A stretch of DNA of 64,000 nt from a virus: the IMG/VR virus record IMGVR_UViG_3300042197_000731, positions 1 to 64,000 of that record; one strand, written 5' to 3'. Position 1 is the stretch's first letter. Each line of letters opens with the position of its first letter. Below are positions 1 to 9,178 of this stretch, piece by piece. Under the pieces are notes generated by a model that saw only the letters and a program-made list of their open reading frames with translations, ran no database searches and was not told the DNA's origin. A program made the translations under genes and the position numbers.

Positions 1-1162
1 TATGATCAGTACTAGTAAAATTTACACGACCATAATTCGTTTCACGAACTTCTTTTGATGGATCAGGAATTCCACCAAACTGAGGCAATGCTGTTGCTGA
101 ATTTGTACCTGCTCCAACGTACTCAAATGTATGAGCACTAGCACTGATTGTACTTACCTGATAACCTATTGTTGATGTTGAATTACTAATAATGTTACCA
201 GTATTTGTACTAAATCTTGAAGATATGTTTACATTCCAAACATTTCCATGTGTACCACCATAGTCAGCCGTTACATTACTGAATGTAGTAATGAAATACA
301 TATTTGTATCACCAGCGAAAAGTATTCCATTATTTGTTCTAGGTGGAGAAGATACCTGTGCTATATTACAAGTAGTAGCGCCAACTTGTATGTTACCTAA
401 TACATTTCCAGTAAATTGTTGATCTATTCCATCTGCCCATAAGCCGTAATTACCTATGCCATTATCACTGCCGTTTAGCGTTAAGAAACTACCAGATTCA
501 ACTTTTATACCTACATCGCAGCCTATAGTATATATATTAACTGCCTGACTATAAGCACGATTCTGCATGACCAAACCATAACCACCACTATTGATGCTGG
601 TTATAAATCCTAAAATAAATGCGCGAGTGCTAATAGCATTCAGTGTCTTGTTAGCATCAATCAATACAGTAGTACCAGTGGTTGTAAAACTGGTAACATT
701 CTGAATATATGGGCTTACAGTTACTGCTTCTGTTATGCCTCCGGGCGGGAAACTAAACGCTGCACCAAGATAATTTCTAACAGTAATGCCCCACACATAA
801 GAACCGCCACGCATGTAAAACATATCGTTATTACTATCACTAGGTTGTACAAATACACTTCGTAGTGTATCTCCAACGATAGCCACATTTTGAGGAATTT
901 CAAATGGCATGTCTTCAGTGTAAACACCACTGGCAACTTTAATAGCAGTGCCTGATGTAGCAACCGTACATGCGGATTTTATAGTCAATTTAGGAGTCGC
1001 CAAACTCTTACCATCATTAGCGTCATTACCATTCTTTGAAACATAAAGTGTATTTTCAAAAGTACTATTGGCAACAGTCAATACAGGACTGTTGTTAGCC
1101 AATATAGTAGTAGCATTTAGTGTGCTAATTTCTATTTCAGGATTTTTTGCCGAGCGTCCCAT
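1..1162 (-). CDS. Virion structural/tail-associated protein with pectin-lyase-like beta-helix (runs off the window start)
   Basis: Not in the ORF track. ATG at 1162 reads open to the window edge: MGRSAKNPEIE...TLYVSKNGNDANDGKSLATPKLTIKSAC...IKVASGVYTED.P...NVAIVGDTLRSVFVQP...SPYIQNVTS...SAHTFEYVGAG. These motifs are typical of beta-helix structural proteins of T4-like phages. Confidence 0.75.
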   Translation of the reverse strand, partial: MGRSAKNPEIEISTLNATTILANNSPVLTVANSTFENTLYVSKNGNDANDGKSLATPKLTIKSACTVATSGTAIKVASGVYTEDMPFEIPQNVAIVGDTLRSVFVQPSDSNNDMFYMRGGSYVWGITVRNYLGAAFSFPPGGITEAVTVSPYIQNVTSFTTTGTTVLIDANKTLNAISTRAFILGFITSINSGGYGLVMQNRAYSQAVNIYTIGCDVGIKVESGSFLTLNGSDNGIGNYGLWADGIDQQFTGNVLGNIQVGATTCNIAQVSSPPRTNNGILFAGDTNMYFITTFSNVTADYGGTHGNVWNVNISSRFSTNTGNIISNSTSTIGYQVSTISASAHTFEYVGAGTNSATALPQFGGIPDPSKEVRETNYGRVNFTSTDH

Positions 1163-1174
1163 GTTTAATTCACT

Positions 1175-1486
1175 TTATACTGTTGTATATGTTAATGTAC
1201 AAGATATCGTGTTGTTAGCATTAGCAAAACCACATAACCTGTCACCGTTTTCCAAAAATAGTCTTTCTCTGTCCATTACATACGTATCACCAGCAACAAC
1301 CAATATGTTACTATATAGCACATTTACATTGCCTGGTTCATTACCGCTTGGAACAGCCCATAAACTAAACGTCGCATTACTACTTGTCGTATAATTAGAA
1401 AAGTAGAAAGTCATTGCTGCCGTTGATGTACTACTAACATAAATGTTAGAAGTTGTTGTAGTTAAATTTGCGTTTTGTATTGACAT
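1175..1486 (-). CDS. Small virion structural protein (hypothetical)
   Basis: 103-aa Thr/Asn-rich beta-strand ORF, packed in an operon with its neighbours. Confidence 0.6.
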   Translation of the reverse strand: MSIQNANLTTTTSNIYVSSTSTAAMTFYFSNYTTSSNATFSLWAVPSGNEPGNVNVLYSNILVVAGDTYVMDRERLFLENGDRLCGFANANNTISCTLTYTTV

Positions 1487-1491
1487 ATAAT

Positions 1492-2019
1492 TTATCCAAA
1501 AATTATTCCGTATTTTCTTATCTTAGCAGTTGTCACTAGTTCATCAGATAAAACTCCAGCGTTTACGTACAAGCCGCTACCACCAGCACCAGCAACATTT
1601 CCGGTTATCACAGTATAACCAGCCTCTCCAACAGCATTGCTAGTTGTTTGATCAATTTTTACATTGTAACTAGTAAGTATAGGACCTATATTTCCAACCG
1701 AATTATTTGCTACCCACTCTCCAGAGTATGTACCAGTTTCATACCAATATAATCCTACGTTACTAACGTTACCACGATTATTTTCAAAACCATTAATTCC
1801 ATTTCTCGGAGCGTCACTAGTTGTTAAATCCGCATTTATTTGAAATATCTGCTTGGTAGTATCAAATGCTTGTATGTTAGCAGTATTCCCGACAACCTCT
1901 AGATTACCATCAATTCTCAACGTATGTGTATATACAAAAATATTGCCTTCAGGATTACCATCATACTTGAAGGTATCAATAGTATAATCACCAGTGTTGA
2001 TTCGCTTAGTTACGCTCAT
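1492..2019 (-). CDS. Virion structural protein (fibre-like, hypothetical)
   Basis: 175 aa, Gly/Asn/Thr rich, LRIDGNLEVVG fibre-like motif, late promoter at 2039-2045. Confidence 0.6.
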   Translation of the reverse strand: MSVTKRINTGDYTIDTFKYDGNPEGNIFVYTHTLRIDGNLEVVGNTANIQAFDTTKQIFQINADLTTSDAPRNGINGFENNRGNVSNVGLYWYETGTYSGEWVANNSVGNIGPILTSYNVKIDQTTSNAVGEAGYTVITGNVAGAGGSGLYVNAGVLSDELVTTAKIRKYGIIFG

Positions 2020-2038
2020 GCTATTTCTCTATTTACAG

Positions 2039-2045
2039 TATTTAT
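2039..2045 (-). promoter_or_regulatory. T4-type late promoter (ATAAATA)
   Basis: Near match to the T4 gp55 consensus TATAAATA, 20 nt upstream of the 2019 start. Confidence 0.6.
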
Positions 2046-2070
2046 TCAAACTGTGGATTATCTCCAAATG

Positions 2071-2096
2071 AAAATAGGCTGTAAAAACAGCCTATT
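2071..2096 (-). terminator. Rho-independent terminator
   Basis: aataggctg-taaaaa-cagcctatt inverted repeat with a T-rich tail on the minus strand, just after the 2117 stop. Confidence 0.65.
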
Positions 2097-2116
2097 CCTA
2101 TAAAGTCAATTCAAAA

Positions 2117-2842
2117 TTAATTGTTGTTGACTTGAACGAATACAGTATCTTGCCAACCTGGTTGACTGCTTAACGCAGTAGCAGAGTAACTAGGCGCTGA
2201 GAACCAATATCTATACTTTTCAATATTCCAGTCCCATACATACTTGTTGGTAATACGTGATGCGTTAAACTGAACACTAACGTTAATTTGTTCATCAGAA
2301 ACATCCTGCGTGGCAACTGCTACCGTTACGTTACCAGTTGAGTTTACGGCAACAACAGTAACATTACCAGTTAAACTTGTGCCATTGATCTGGTGTCCAA
2401 CACTAATGGTAGGTGTTCCAGTAACGTTGCCAGTAGCATACTGAACATAAGCATAATCCTGATTAGCAGTGAAACCTCCGCTACCAGCACCAATATTTGC
2501 TACGTTTGCTCCAACAATAGTCGCAGTGGTAACAAGAATAGTCATGGTGTCAGCAGCAGTTAATTCAGAAGATAATTTATTTACAAGAGTAGCAACGGTT
2601 GTGTTGGCATCGCTGGTATTGCTAACTTCAAACTTACGCATACCTTTTTGGAAATTGATATATCCTGTGTCAACGGCATCACCAACATCTTTTAGAAAAC
2701 TACATCTAATAGTTGGTACTGTTTGACTATTATCACCACCAGTACCACCGATATGATTTCCATTGATCAGAGTTGGGCTTACATAACTGTCAACAACAGT
2801 GCTTGTAACCGAGTTTGTTTTTTGTATCTTTAATTTTGCCAT
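2117..2842 (-). CDS. Virion structural protein (possible head decoration protein)
   Basis: 241 aa, Thr/Val/Ser rich, first gene downstream of the major capsid gene, own late promoter (2917-2923) and AAAGGA RBS. Confidence 0.55.
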   Translation of the reverse strand: MAKLKIQKTNSVTSTVVDSYVSPTLINGNHIGGTGGDNSQTVPTIRCSFLKDVGDAVDTGYINFQKGMRKFEVSNTSDANTTVATLVNKLSSELTAADTMTILVTTATIVGANVANIGAGSGGFTANQDYAYVQYATGNVTGTPTISVGHQINGTSLTGNVTVVAVNSTGNVTVAVATQDVSDEQINVSVQFNASRITNKYVWDWNIEKYRYWFSAPSYSATALSSQPGWQDTVFVQVNNN

Positions 2843-2916
2843 TTTAATTTCCTTTATGTTTTAGCGTTCTAGGCTACCCGGAGTTGGCTACTCAACGAGA
2901 TGATTAGTAACTAATG

Positions 2917-2923
2917 TATTTAT
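2917..2923 (-). promoter_or_regulatory. T4-type late promoter (ATAAATA)
   Basis: Motif 75 nt upstream of the 2842 start. Confidence 0.55.
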
Positions 2924-2932
2924 CATAATCAA

Positions 2933-2987
2933 TAAAAAGAGGGACCGTAGTCCCTCTAGTCTTCCCATCCCGATTGAGAATCTTTAC
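2933..2987 (-). ncRNA. Putative small late RNA (~55 nt)
   Basis: Late promoter ATAAATA at 2993-2999, then GAUUCUCAAUCGGGAUGGGAAGACU, then terminator AGAGGGAC-UACG-GUCCCUCU-UUUU; no meaningful ORF. Confidence 0.45.
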
Positions 2988-3009
2988 ATCTTTATTTATG
3001 CTATAAAGC

Positions 3010-3034
3010 AAAAACCCGCCGAAGCGGGTTTTTT
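3010..3034 (-). terminator. Rho-independent terminator of the capsid operon (potentially bidirectional)
   Basis: aaaaacccgc-cgaa-gcgggttttt; UUCG loop on the minus strand; 20 nt after the gp23 stop. Confidence 0.85.
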
Positions 3035-3054
3035 CTTATCAAATAAAAATTTGA

Positions 3055-4239
3055 TTACTGGAAGCTTAGGTTAGCAACAGAGATTTCTGATAGATAATCT
3101 CCGGCATTGCCTAAAGAACTAGCAGTATTGGTGAGCTCCACGTATCCGTAACGTGTCATAAATCCAACTACTGGCTCGAAGGTACTTGGATCAAGTACAA
3201 CTCCAGAACTCATTAGAGGAATATATGGGCAATAGAAAGCAGCGGCATCAGCCTCGCTTGAACCCTTATATCCAACTAGAACTGCTTGTGTATCAGCAGC
3301 ATAGCTGTCTACGTAGATACGCATAGCGCCGTTTAGGGTACCAACGAACTTGGTGTTTGTTGGAGCCTCAAAGGTACCTTCTGTGGTACGTGCGAAAGCA
3401 CTGGTGGTAGCACTCTGTAGCACTGTTAGCGCAGCAGGTGATACAACTGCCCAGTTACCAGCACCACGACGAGTACGTTGAGCAATTAGGTTAGCAGCAC
3501 GATTGATCAGAACTGCTAGGGCAGCATGTTCGTCACCAACGAATGTTGCGGTACCAGAAACAGCAGCCTGGTCATAAGCAAAATCGGTAGCGGCTAGTGA
3601 ACGTAGTGAACCTAGAACTTCTTGGTCAATTTCAACTGTGATTTCTTGAGCAAGAGCGGCCATGATTTCGGCTTCGATGTCTAGACCGTGCATACTTTGA
3701 GCATCTTGAGCGGCCTCAAATGTCCAACGTGCGCTTAGTTTACGTGTCTTGGCTTCTACAACTTGCTTCAAGATTTGTACGTTGATCTTACGACCTGGTA
3801 CACCTTCTAGTGAAGAAGTGCTAGCAGCGCGGCCAGTAGTTAAACTACCAGAGTATGCTGTAGCGATCTTGAATGGGCTTAGTGCTTCGTCACCAGCGGT
3901 TGTGCTTGTGTCGAATGGACTTGGAGCGGTAGCGGTAGCAGTCTCAGCATAACGCACACGTAGAGTGTGAATCTGTGCTACTGGGCCAGTCATTGGCTGA
4001 ACACCAACGATTTCGTTAGCGATAACGGTTGGCATTACACGACGGATAACTGGAAGAATAACACGGTTAAGTGTTGCTACGTTACCAGCACTGGTTGCGC
4101 CAGCGGTTGCGTTTTCAAGAAGATTCTTACGTGTATTTTCTAGAATAACGCCCATGGTGGTTCTACGAGAACCTTGTAGACCTTCTAACAGGGCTTCTCT
4201 AGTTTCGCCCCAGCGGCCTTCTAATAGTACTTGTGTCAT
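3055..4239 (-). CDS. gp23: Major capsid protein (T4 gp23-like)
   Basis: Motifs IRRVMPTVIANEIVGVQPMTGP, KTRKLSARWTFEAAQD, EIMAALAQEITVEID, AFYCPYIPL, FEPVVGFMTRYG. Confidence 0.95.
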   Translation of the reverse strand: MTQVLLEGRWGETREALLEGLQGSRRTTMGVILENTRKNLLENATAGATSAGNVATLNRVILPVIRRVMPTVIANEIVGVQPMTGPVAQIHTLRVRYAETATATAPSPFDTSTTAGDEALSPFKIATAYSGSLTTGRAASTSSLEGVPGRKINVQILKQVVEAKTRKLSARWTFEAAQDAQSMHGLDIEAEIMAALAQEITVEIDQEVLGSLRSLAATDFAYDQAAVSGTATFVGDEHAALAVLINRAANLIAQRTRRGAGNWAVVSPAALTVLQSATTSAFARTTEGTFEAPTNTKFVGTLNGAMRIYVDSYAADTQAVLVGYKGSSEADAAAFYCPYIPLMSSGVVLDPSTFEPVVGFMTRYGYVELTNTASSLGNAGDYLSEISVANLSFQ

Positions 4240-4263
4240 TTTTTCTTTTTTCCTTCTTAGGGT

Positions 4264-5370
4264 TTACTTAAGCCCTGCTAAACGTTTAATTTCGATGACA
4301 TTATTATCACCGGTTTCAACGCTGACCTTAGCAGATTTATCACCAGTTACTTCTGTGCGACTTTCAACTAGCATAGTAGATTTCTCTACTGTTCTTTGTT
4401 GTGAAGTAGTATTATTCAGAACGGCTGGAAGATACTTATCAAATGCTGACCTTAATTTTTCAGTCTGAACATTCTCTAATAACTGCGTCATAACGGATTG
4501 CTTTTCTTTGTTTAGTGTTTTTAGCAATTCGTTAAGAGTCTCTTTACGCTCTTGTGATTCCTTCAGAATGCGAATTTCGCGCTCTTTGGATTCAAGTAGT
4601 GATGCTTTTTGTTGCTCTGCTTTCTTTGCTTCGGCAATAATTGCTTCACGTTTTTTTACCGCTTGGTGCAACTTAGCGATTTCTTTGTTCTCATTTAGGT
4701 GAGTCACAGCGAATTCGGTTGCAAAAGCTTCAAAAAGTTTACGTCCAAAATTGTTTTCTCTAGCAATTTGGATATCTTCTTTCAATTGTGACATCTCAGC
4801 ATTTAGATGTTTGGTCACAGATTCATTCACAAGACGGGCAGAACGTTGTACAAACTCTTTTTGAATTTTTGAAAGTTTACCTTTCGCTTCTCTAACTAGT
4901 TTAACTTTTGTTTCTACCAAATCTTGCTTGTCTTTGTGGAATTCTTGAATTTCTTCAGATAGAGAGTGAATTACAAACTGTTCTAGTTTGCCAATGCTTT
5001 CTTTCTGAATAGAACGATCAGCACGTAGTTCTTTAATTTCTTCTGCTAATTTAGCAACTAAGAATTTATCAAACTTCTTAGCATTTTCAGACATAGCACG
5101 TGAGTAACGAACTCTATCTGCTGCCATTTGTGCTTTCTCTTCTGCGAATTCACGGATTTCTTCCTGGAGACCTTCTGTTACCATCTTGTCTATTGCTTCG
5201 ACCATTACACTTCTATCGTGGTCATACTTACGAGCAAACTCTTCGCGGATTTCGGCACGAAGTTGTTGGCGCGCTTCATTTAACTTAGTTTCCCAGGCCT
5301 CATTTATAGCGGTCTTGGTTTCTTCGTTAATGATACCACTGTCTATTAATGGCTTGATAGCGTCAAACAT
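4264..5370 (-). CDS. gp22: Prohead core scaffold protein (gp22-like)
   Basis: Glu/Lys-rich coiled-coil, 368 aa, located between the protease and capsid genes as in T4-like phages. Confidence 0.8.
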   Translation of the reverse strand: MFDAIKPLIDSGIINEETKTAINEAWETKLNEARQQLRAEIREEFARKYDHDRSVMVEAIDKMVTEGLQEEIREFAEEKAQMAADRVRYSRAMSENAKKFDKFLVAKLAEEIKELRADRSIQKESIGKLEQFVIHSLSEEIQEFHKDKQDLVETKVKLVREAKGKLSKIQKEFVQRSARLVNESVTKHLNAEMSQLKEDIQIARENNFGRKLFEAFATEFAVTHLNENKEIAKLHQAVKKREAIIAEAKKAEQQKASLLESKEREIRILKESQERKETLNELLKTLNKEKQSVMTQLLENVQTEKLRSAFDKYLPAVLNNTTSQQRTVEKSTMLVESRTEVTGDKSAKVSVETGDNNVIEIKRLAGLK

Positions 5371-5384
5371 GTATCATTCTCCTG

Positions 5385-6020
5385 TTAAATTTTTAAGTCC
5401 TGTATGAGGCGTCTTACTTCCTCTGCCAAATATTTTTGGACTCGCTTATTGGCATTTGCATCCTTAGTCATTTCTAAAACTCTATGACCATGTCTCATGT
5501 TCATTAGACCTTCATAAACTGGCTTAGGATATGCATTCGGTGCGCTTGGTTGGGCTACTATATCAACTGTTACAATATCAAAATCACTTACATGTCCAGT
5601 ACTTTCATTAACATTACCACTGCCTCTACTGGATACACCTAGTTTTACACCAGATTCCAGCATAGTTGTAACTAGTTGACCCATAGGTGTGTTAAGAACT
5701 TTTAACTTACCATAGCCATTTGGACCATCCATCCACATATCAGTAATAACGTGACATACGCGATCAAGATTTATTTTCAAATCATCGGGGTGATCTAACT
5801 CACCAAGAACACTATAGCCGCCCTTTATCTGCTTACCAACACTCTCGACGGCATTAGCGATTTCATCAACAGGATATACACGTTGATTGGCATTCTTGAC
5901 ACCACCTTGTACAAAAATGCCTTTCATGTATAAATTTTTTCCTTTGCCGTCTGGAGCCGATTCAGTCATCAACTCCATCCGTGCGCCGTCAAAACTTAAA
6001 TGTTCTTGTAGCAGTAACAT
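5385..6020 (-). CDS. gp21: Prohead core protease (gp21-like)
   Basis: YMKGIFVQGGVKNANQRVYP, LGELDHP, GVSSRGSG, DIVAQPSAPNAYP. Confidence 0.93.
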   Translation of the reverse strand: MLLLQEHLSFDGARMELMTESAPDGKGKNLYMKGIFVQGGVKNANQRVYPVDEIANAVESVGKQIKGGYSVLGELDHPDDLKINLDRVCHVITDMWMDGPNGYGKLKVLNTPMGQLVTTMLESGVKLGVSSRGSGNVNESTGHVSDFDIVTVDIVAQPSAPNAYPKPVYEGLMNMRHGHRVLEMTKDANANKRVQKYLAEEVRRLIQDLKI

Positions 6021-6030
6021 TGTTTATCTC

Positions 6031-7083
6031 TTAGTGTCCTAGTAAACTCTTCTTATCTACGCTCATTGAGCCAGCAGTGGTCTGACCTTCTTTATCATGA
6101 GCCTTTGAATACTCTTTGCCAGCACTGGTCTTGTAACCAGTTTTTCCAGCATTAGCACCAGGACTATTCTGTACCTTACCGATTAGATCTCCACCCTTCT
6201 TTAACAAACCACTTGGCTTGTTGCTTGGAGTTCCCTTTGGATCTGCTTCTGAACCACCGCGAGCGATATTTTGTGTAGTACCACCCATATCGTTCTTACC
6301 AGCAACGATGCTCTTCTTGTTAAGAGTTACAGAACCACCAGCGCCAACTTCGTGCGTATCAGAGTTGTTACCTGGGAAAGGTTCACCAATCTTTTCAACA
6401 TACTCACGAATCCACTCAGCCTCAGTCATTTTCTTTTTGACTTTGGCTTTTTTATCCTTGAGCATCTCCTCTTTTTTCATTTTGGATTCCATTGGCCCGC
6501 TTGGGTTCTTTGGGCTGTGATGATCCATATTCGGTACTACTTCCAAGGTCTCCGGCATCATTTCTTCGTCGCCCATGTCGGCATCCATGTCTCCGCCCAT
6601 ATCTTCGCCGCCTTGATCGCCCATTAGTTCTTCAAACTCACGCTTTAGTTCTTCAAGTGAGTCTTCTAGATCCATAACGCGATCTTCTAAACCTTCATCA
6701 CCATCGTCATCCATGTCCATGTCCATGTCCATGTCGCCTTCAGCGTCGTCCATGTCCATTTCTGCGTCATCCATATCGTCTTCAGCATCATCCATGTCGC
6801 CTTCAGCGTCGTCCATGTCCATCTCTGCGTCATCCATGTCGTCTTCGGCATCGTCCATGTCCATGTCTTCATCTTCGGCTTCTAACATTCCATCTTCATC
6901 AGCAGTGATTTCGTCAACTAAGTCTTCAACTTCGTCACCACCGATTTCAGCCAAATCTTCTTCGTCAATTAGTGACTCATAAATCTGGCGTGAACGCTCA
7001 ACAACTAGTTGGTGAAATAGTTCACGGGCTTTTTCTTCCTGCTCGTTAACAATGTATTCAATTAACTTTTCGTATTTTGACAT
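6031..7083 (-). CDS. Highly acidic prohead core/scaffold-like protein
   Basis: 350 aa with a D/E/M-rich repeat region, located between portal and protease (the gp67/gp68 position). Confidence 0.6.
   Translation of the reverse strand: MSKYEKLIEYIVNEQEEKARELFHQLVVERSRQIYESLIDEEDLAEIGGDEVEDLVDEITADEDGMLEAEDEDMDMDDAEDDMDDAEMDMDDAEGDMDDAEDDMDDAEMDMDDAEGDMDMDMDMDDDGDEGLEDRVMDLEDSLEELKREFEELMGDQGGEDMGGDMDADMGDEEMMPETLEVVPNMDHHSPKNPSGPMESKMKKEEMLKDKKAKVKKKMTEAEWIREYVEKIGEPFPGNNSDTHEVGAGGSVTLNKKSIVAGKNDMGGTTQNIARGGSEADPKGTPSNKPSGLLKKGGDLIGKVQNSPGANAGKTGYKTSAGKEYSKAHDKEGQTTAGSMSVDKKSLLGH
6728..6853. repeat. 63-bp tandem duplication plus (tccatg)n microrepeats within the acidic protein gene
   Basis: 6728-6790 and 6791-6853 are near-identical and encode DAEDDMDDAEMDMDDAEGDMD twice. 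Confidence 0.85.
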
Positions 7084-7137
7084 TTTTTATTCCTTTATAA
7101 AAATATCCAATTAAGTATAATTATTTACACCATATAG

Positions 7138-7166
7138 AAAAAAAGTGCTCATAATGAGCACTTTTT
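7138..7166 (-). terminator. Rho-independent terminator (bidirectional-type)
   Basis: aaaaagtgctca-taa-tgagcactttt, flanked by A and T runs. Confidence 0.75.
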
Positions 7167-7187
7167 GCTGTTTTTATGTATGGATAT

Positions 7188-7421
7188 TTAAATTCCGCCT
7201 AATCCACCACCAGGCGCAGCGGCGGGCTTATATTGTTTTGACAGTTTTTCTAATTTCAATTCGTGCTCAAGTTTTCTAGTGTCATTCATCTTACGAAGTT
7301 TATTGAGTCTATCCAACGATAGACGCAACTTCCTAGTATCAGAAAGTTTTATAGAAGTGTTATCTTCCTTTTCCGATCTATAACCACTAGGGGTAGGTTC
7401 TAATAATTCCATTAGTATCAT
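7188..7421 (-). CDS. Small basic hypothetical protein of the head module
   Basis: ORF directly after the portal gene; ATG at 7421 is preferred because the late promoter ATAAATA (7427-7433) overlaps the ORF-track start. Confidence 0.6.
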   Translation of the reverse strand: MILMELLEPTPSGYRSEKEDNTSIKLSDTRKLRLSLDRLNKLRKMNDTRKLEHELKLEKLSKQYKPAAAPGGGLGGI

Positions 7422-7432
7422 AATATTATTTA

Positions 7433-9160
7433 TCACATTGCTGGTGCTATTGGTCCTGGCGGTGGTAATGGAGGTACTGCTCCGCCAGCGCCGCCAGGTG
7501 CAGCACCTGCCGCTCCTTCACCTTCACCGCCCTCAGGAGGTGGCGCACCTGCAATTTCGGCAGCCTCAATTCCCATGTCTAATCCACCAGGACTAATACC
7601 AACACTTCTTAATCCAACCGCATCTGGTTTAGCAGCATCAGCATTACCCTGTTCTTGTTCCCACAACTTTTCGTTTTCAGACATTTCTTCTTCAGTCAAT
7701 CCTAGGAATCTAGACATCAAGAAACGCTTGCTTAGATATGGGAATGCTTCCAACTGAGTGAAACTAGTTATGCGAGCACTGTCTACTTCTGCTTGACGAT
7801 AACTAGCAAAATTTTGTGGCTCATTAAATTGAAGTTCAAACAGTGATCCATCAATGTTAATTCCACGCCAACGCATGAACATCTTGAACTCTTGATCTAA
7901 TTTTTCAGCAATTGAACGCTGTAATCTAATACAGTATTGATTGAAACGCCACTCTTGTATTAAGGCAGTGCCTACACGACCATCACTGAATGTGTTTGGA
8001 TTGCTTGTTCCATCATCTAAACCAGTAGGTAAATAACTGGCTGGTATTCTCAAACCACGAAATAACTTATTGGTAAAGAAGTGTAAGTCAGTTATTTCGC
8101 CTAAGTTCGTACCGCCGGCTAGAGTGTCAACCTTACTACCACGGCCATCCGCCGTTTGTGGGAAGAAGTAATCTTCATTTGTAGATAAAGGATTGTAGGT
8201 TGCGTCCATCATGTTTTGACCGCCACCAGTTTGTGTTGGTATTCTACGCTGATGTACTTCATTTTTAACACGTTCAACGAATGCCATAGCCATATGGCTC
8301 GGCATGTTACCTACGTCTATATAGAAAATTCTACGCTCTGGAGCACGCTGTACACGGTAGATAATGATGGCATCTTCTAGTAATTCTTTTTGCTTGAAAA
8401 CTTTGAATACGTTTTCAAGTACACTATTACCAAACGGCCAACTGAAATCTAAACCTTCAGTTAAACTGAGATGTACTATATGTTCAGCATTTATAGCCTG
8501 TTCGTTTTGTGCTTTACTAAATCTGCTACCACCGCTATATGGTGACTTTGGTTGTATATAGGCGCCATTTGGTCCGCCAACTTGTGGGTGATTTACACTT
8601 ACATCGCTACTGTTTAGGGCGGTGGCTGTTAAGTTTTCAAAGTTTGGAGCAAGTTCTTTGACGATGTATTGCTCTGGCTTTTTACCTTCGGCTTCGTTTA
8701 CTATTACTTTAACAACTTTACTCATTTCAACCCAGAACAACTTGAATGTTTCTGGATCTCTAATAAAAACTTGATCGCCGTACTTGATTGTGTTTCTAAA
8801 AATCTTGAATATACGTTTGTTAAGTTCGTTTAGACTTACCCACTGTGTCAATTGTTCTTTAATGATTTTTATTTCGTTGTCTGTTGGCTTTTCTTTCCAA
8901 ACAAACTGAAACGCTGAACTATTTTCTTTGTTGATTTGCGTACTGAATTCACTTAAAATATCCAGGGCGGCATTTACTTCACTGTCCATATCCATTTGTT
9001 CGTACTGATTGTAACGCTCAATACGATTTGGATGACCAATGTACACATCAGGCAGATTGCTTTGATAATTTCTATAAGTAAAGTGATTGCCGCTTGAGCC
9101 ATTTATCGGACTCACTGAACCCGATAAATTTGCTACACGAAAATATTTTTTCCAAGTCAT
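7433..9160 (-). CDS. gp20: Portal vertex protein (gp20-like)
   Basis: YEQMDMDSEVNAALD, LLEDAIIIYRVQRAPERRIFYIDVGNMP, EDYFFP, GSKVDTLAGGTNLGEITDL, LRIPASYL. Confidence 0.95.
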   Translation of the reverse strand: MTWKKYFRVANLSGSVSPINGSSGNHFTYRNYQSNLPDVYIGHPNRIERYNQYEQMDMDSEVNAALDILSEFSTQINKENSSAFQFVWKEKPTDNEIKIIKEQLTQWVSLNELNKRIFKIFRNTIKYGDQVFIRDPETFKLFWVEMSKVVKVIVNEAEGKKPEQYIVKELAPNFENLTATALNSSDVSVNHPQVGGPNGAYIQPKSPYSGGSRFSKAQNEQAINAEHIVHLSLTEGLDFSWPFGNSVLENVFKVFKQKELLEDAIIIYRVQRAPERRIFYIDVGNMPSHMAMAFVERVKNEVHQRRIPTQTGGGQNMMDATYNPLSTNEDYFFPQTADGRGSKVDTLAGGTNLGEITDLHFFTNKLFRGLRIPASYLPTGLDDGTSNPNTFSDGRVGTALIQEWRFNQYCIRLQRSIAEKLDQEFKMFMRWRGINIDGSLFELQFNEPQNFASYRQAEVDSARITSFTQLEAFPYLSKRFLMSRFLGLTEEEMSENEKLWEQEQGNADAAKPDAVGLRSVGISPGGLDMGIEAAEIAGAPPPEGGEGEGAAGAAPGGAGGAVPPLPPPGPIAPAM

Positions 9161-9178
9161 GAATAAACCTCTACTTAT

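Noticed and set aside
733-1394. ORF-track entries 733-963 (-) and 1068-1394 (+)
   Set aside because: They are an alternate frame and the antisense of the real beta-helix gene (<1-1162) and its neighbour.
6728-6853. Possible CRISPR-like repeat
   Set aside because: It is an in-frame coding tandem duplication with no unique spacers.
6687-6982. Repetitive ORFs (TWTWT.., SMSMS..)
   Set aside because: They are frame and antisense shadows of the acidic repeat in 6031-7083.
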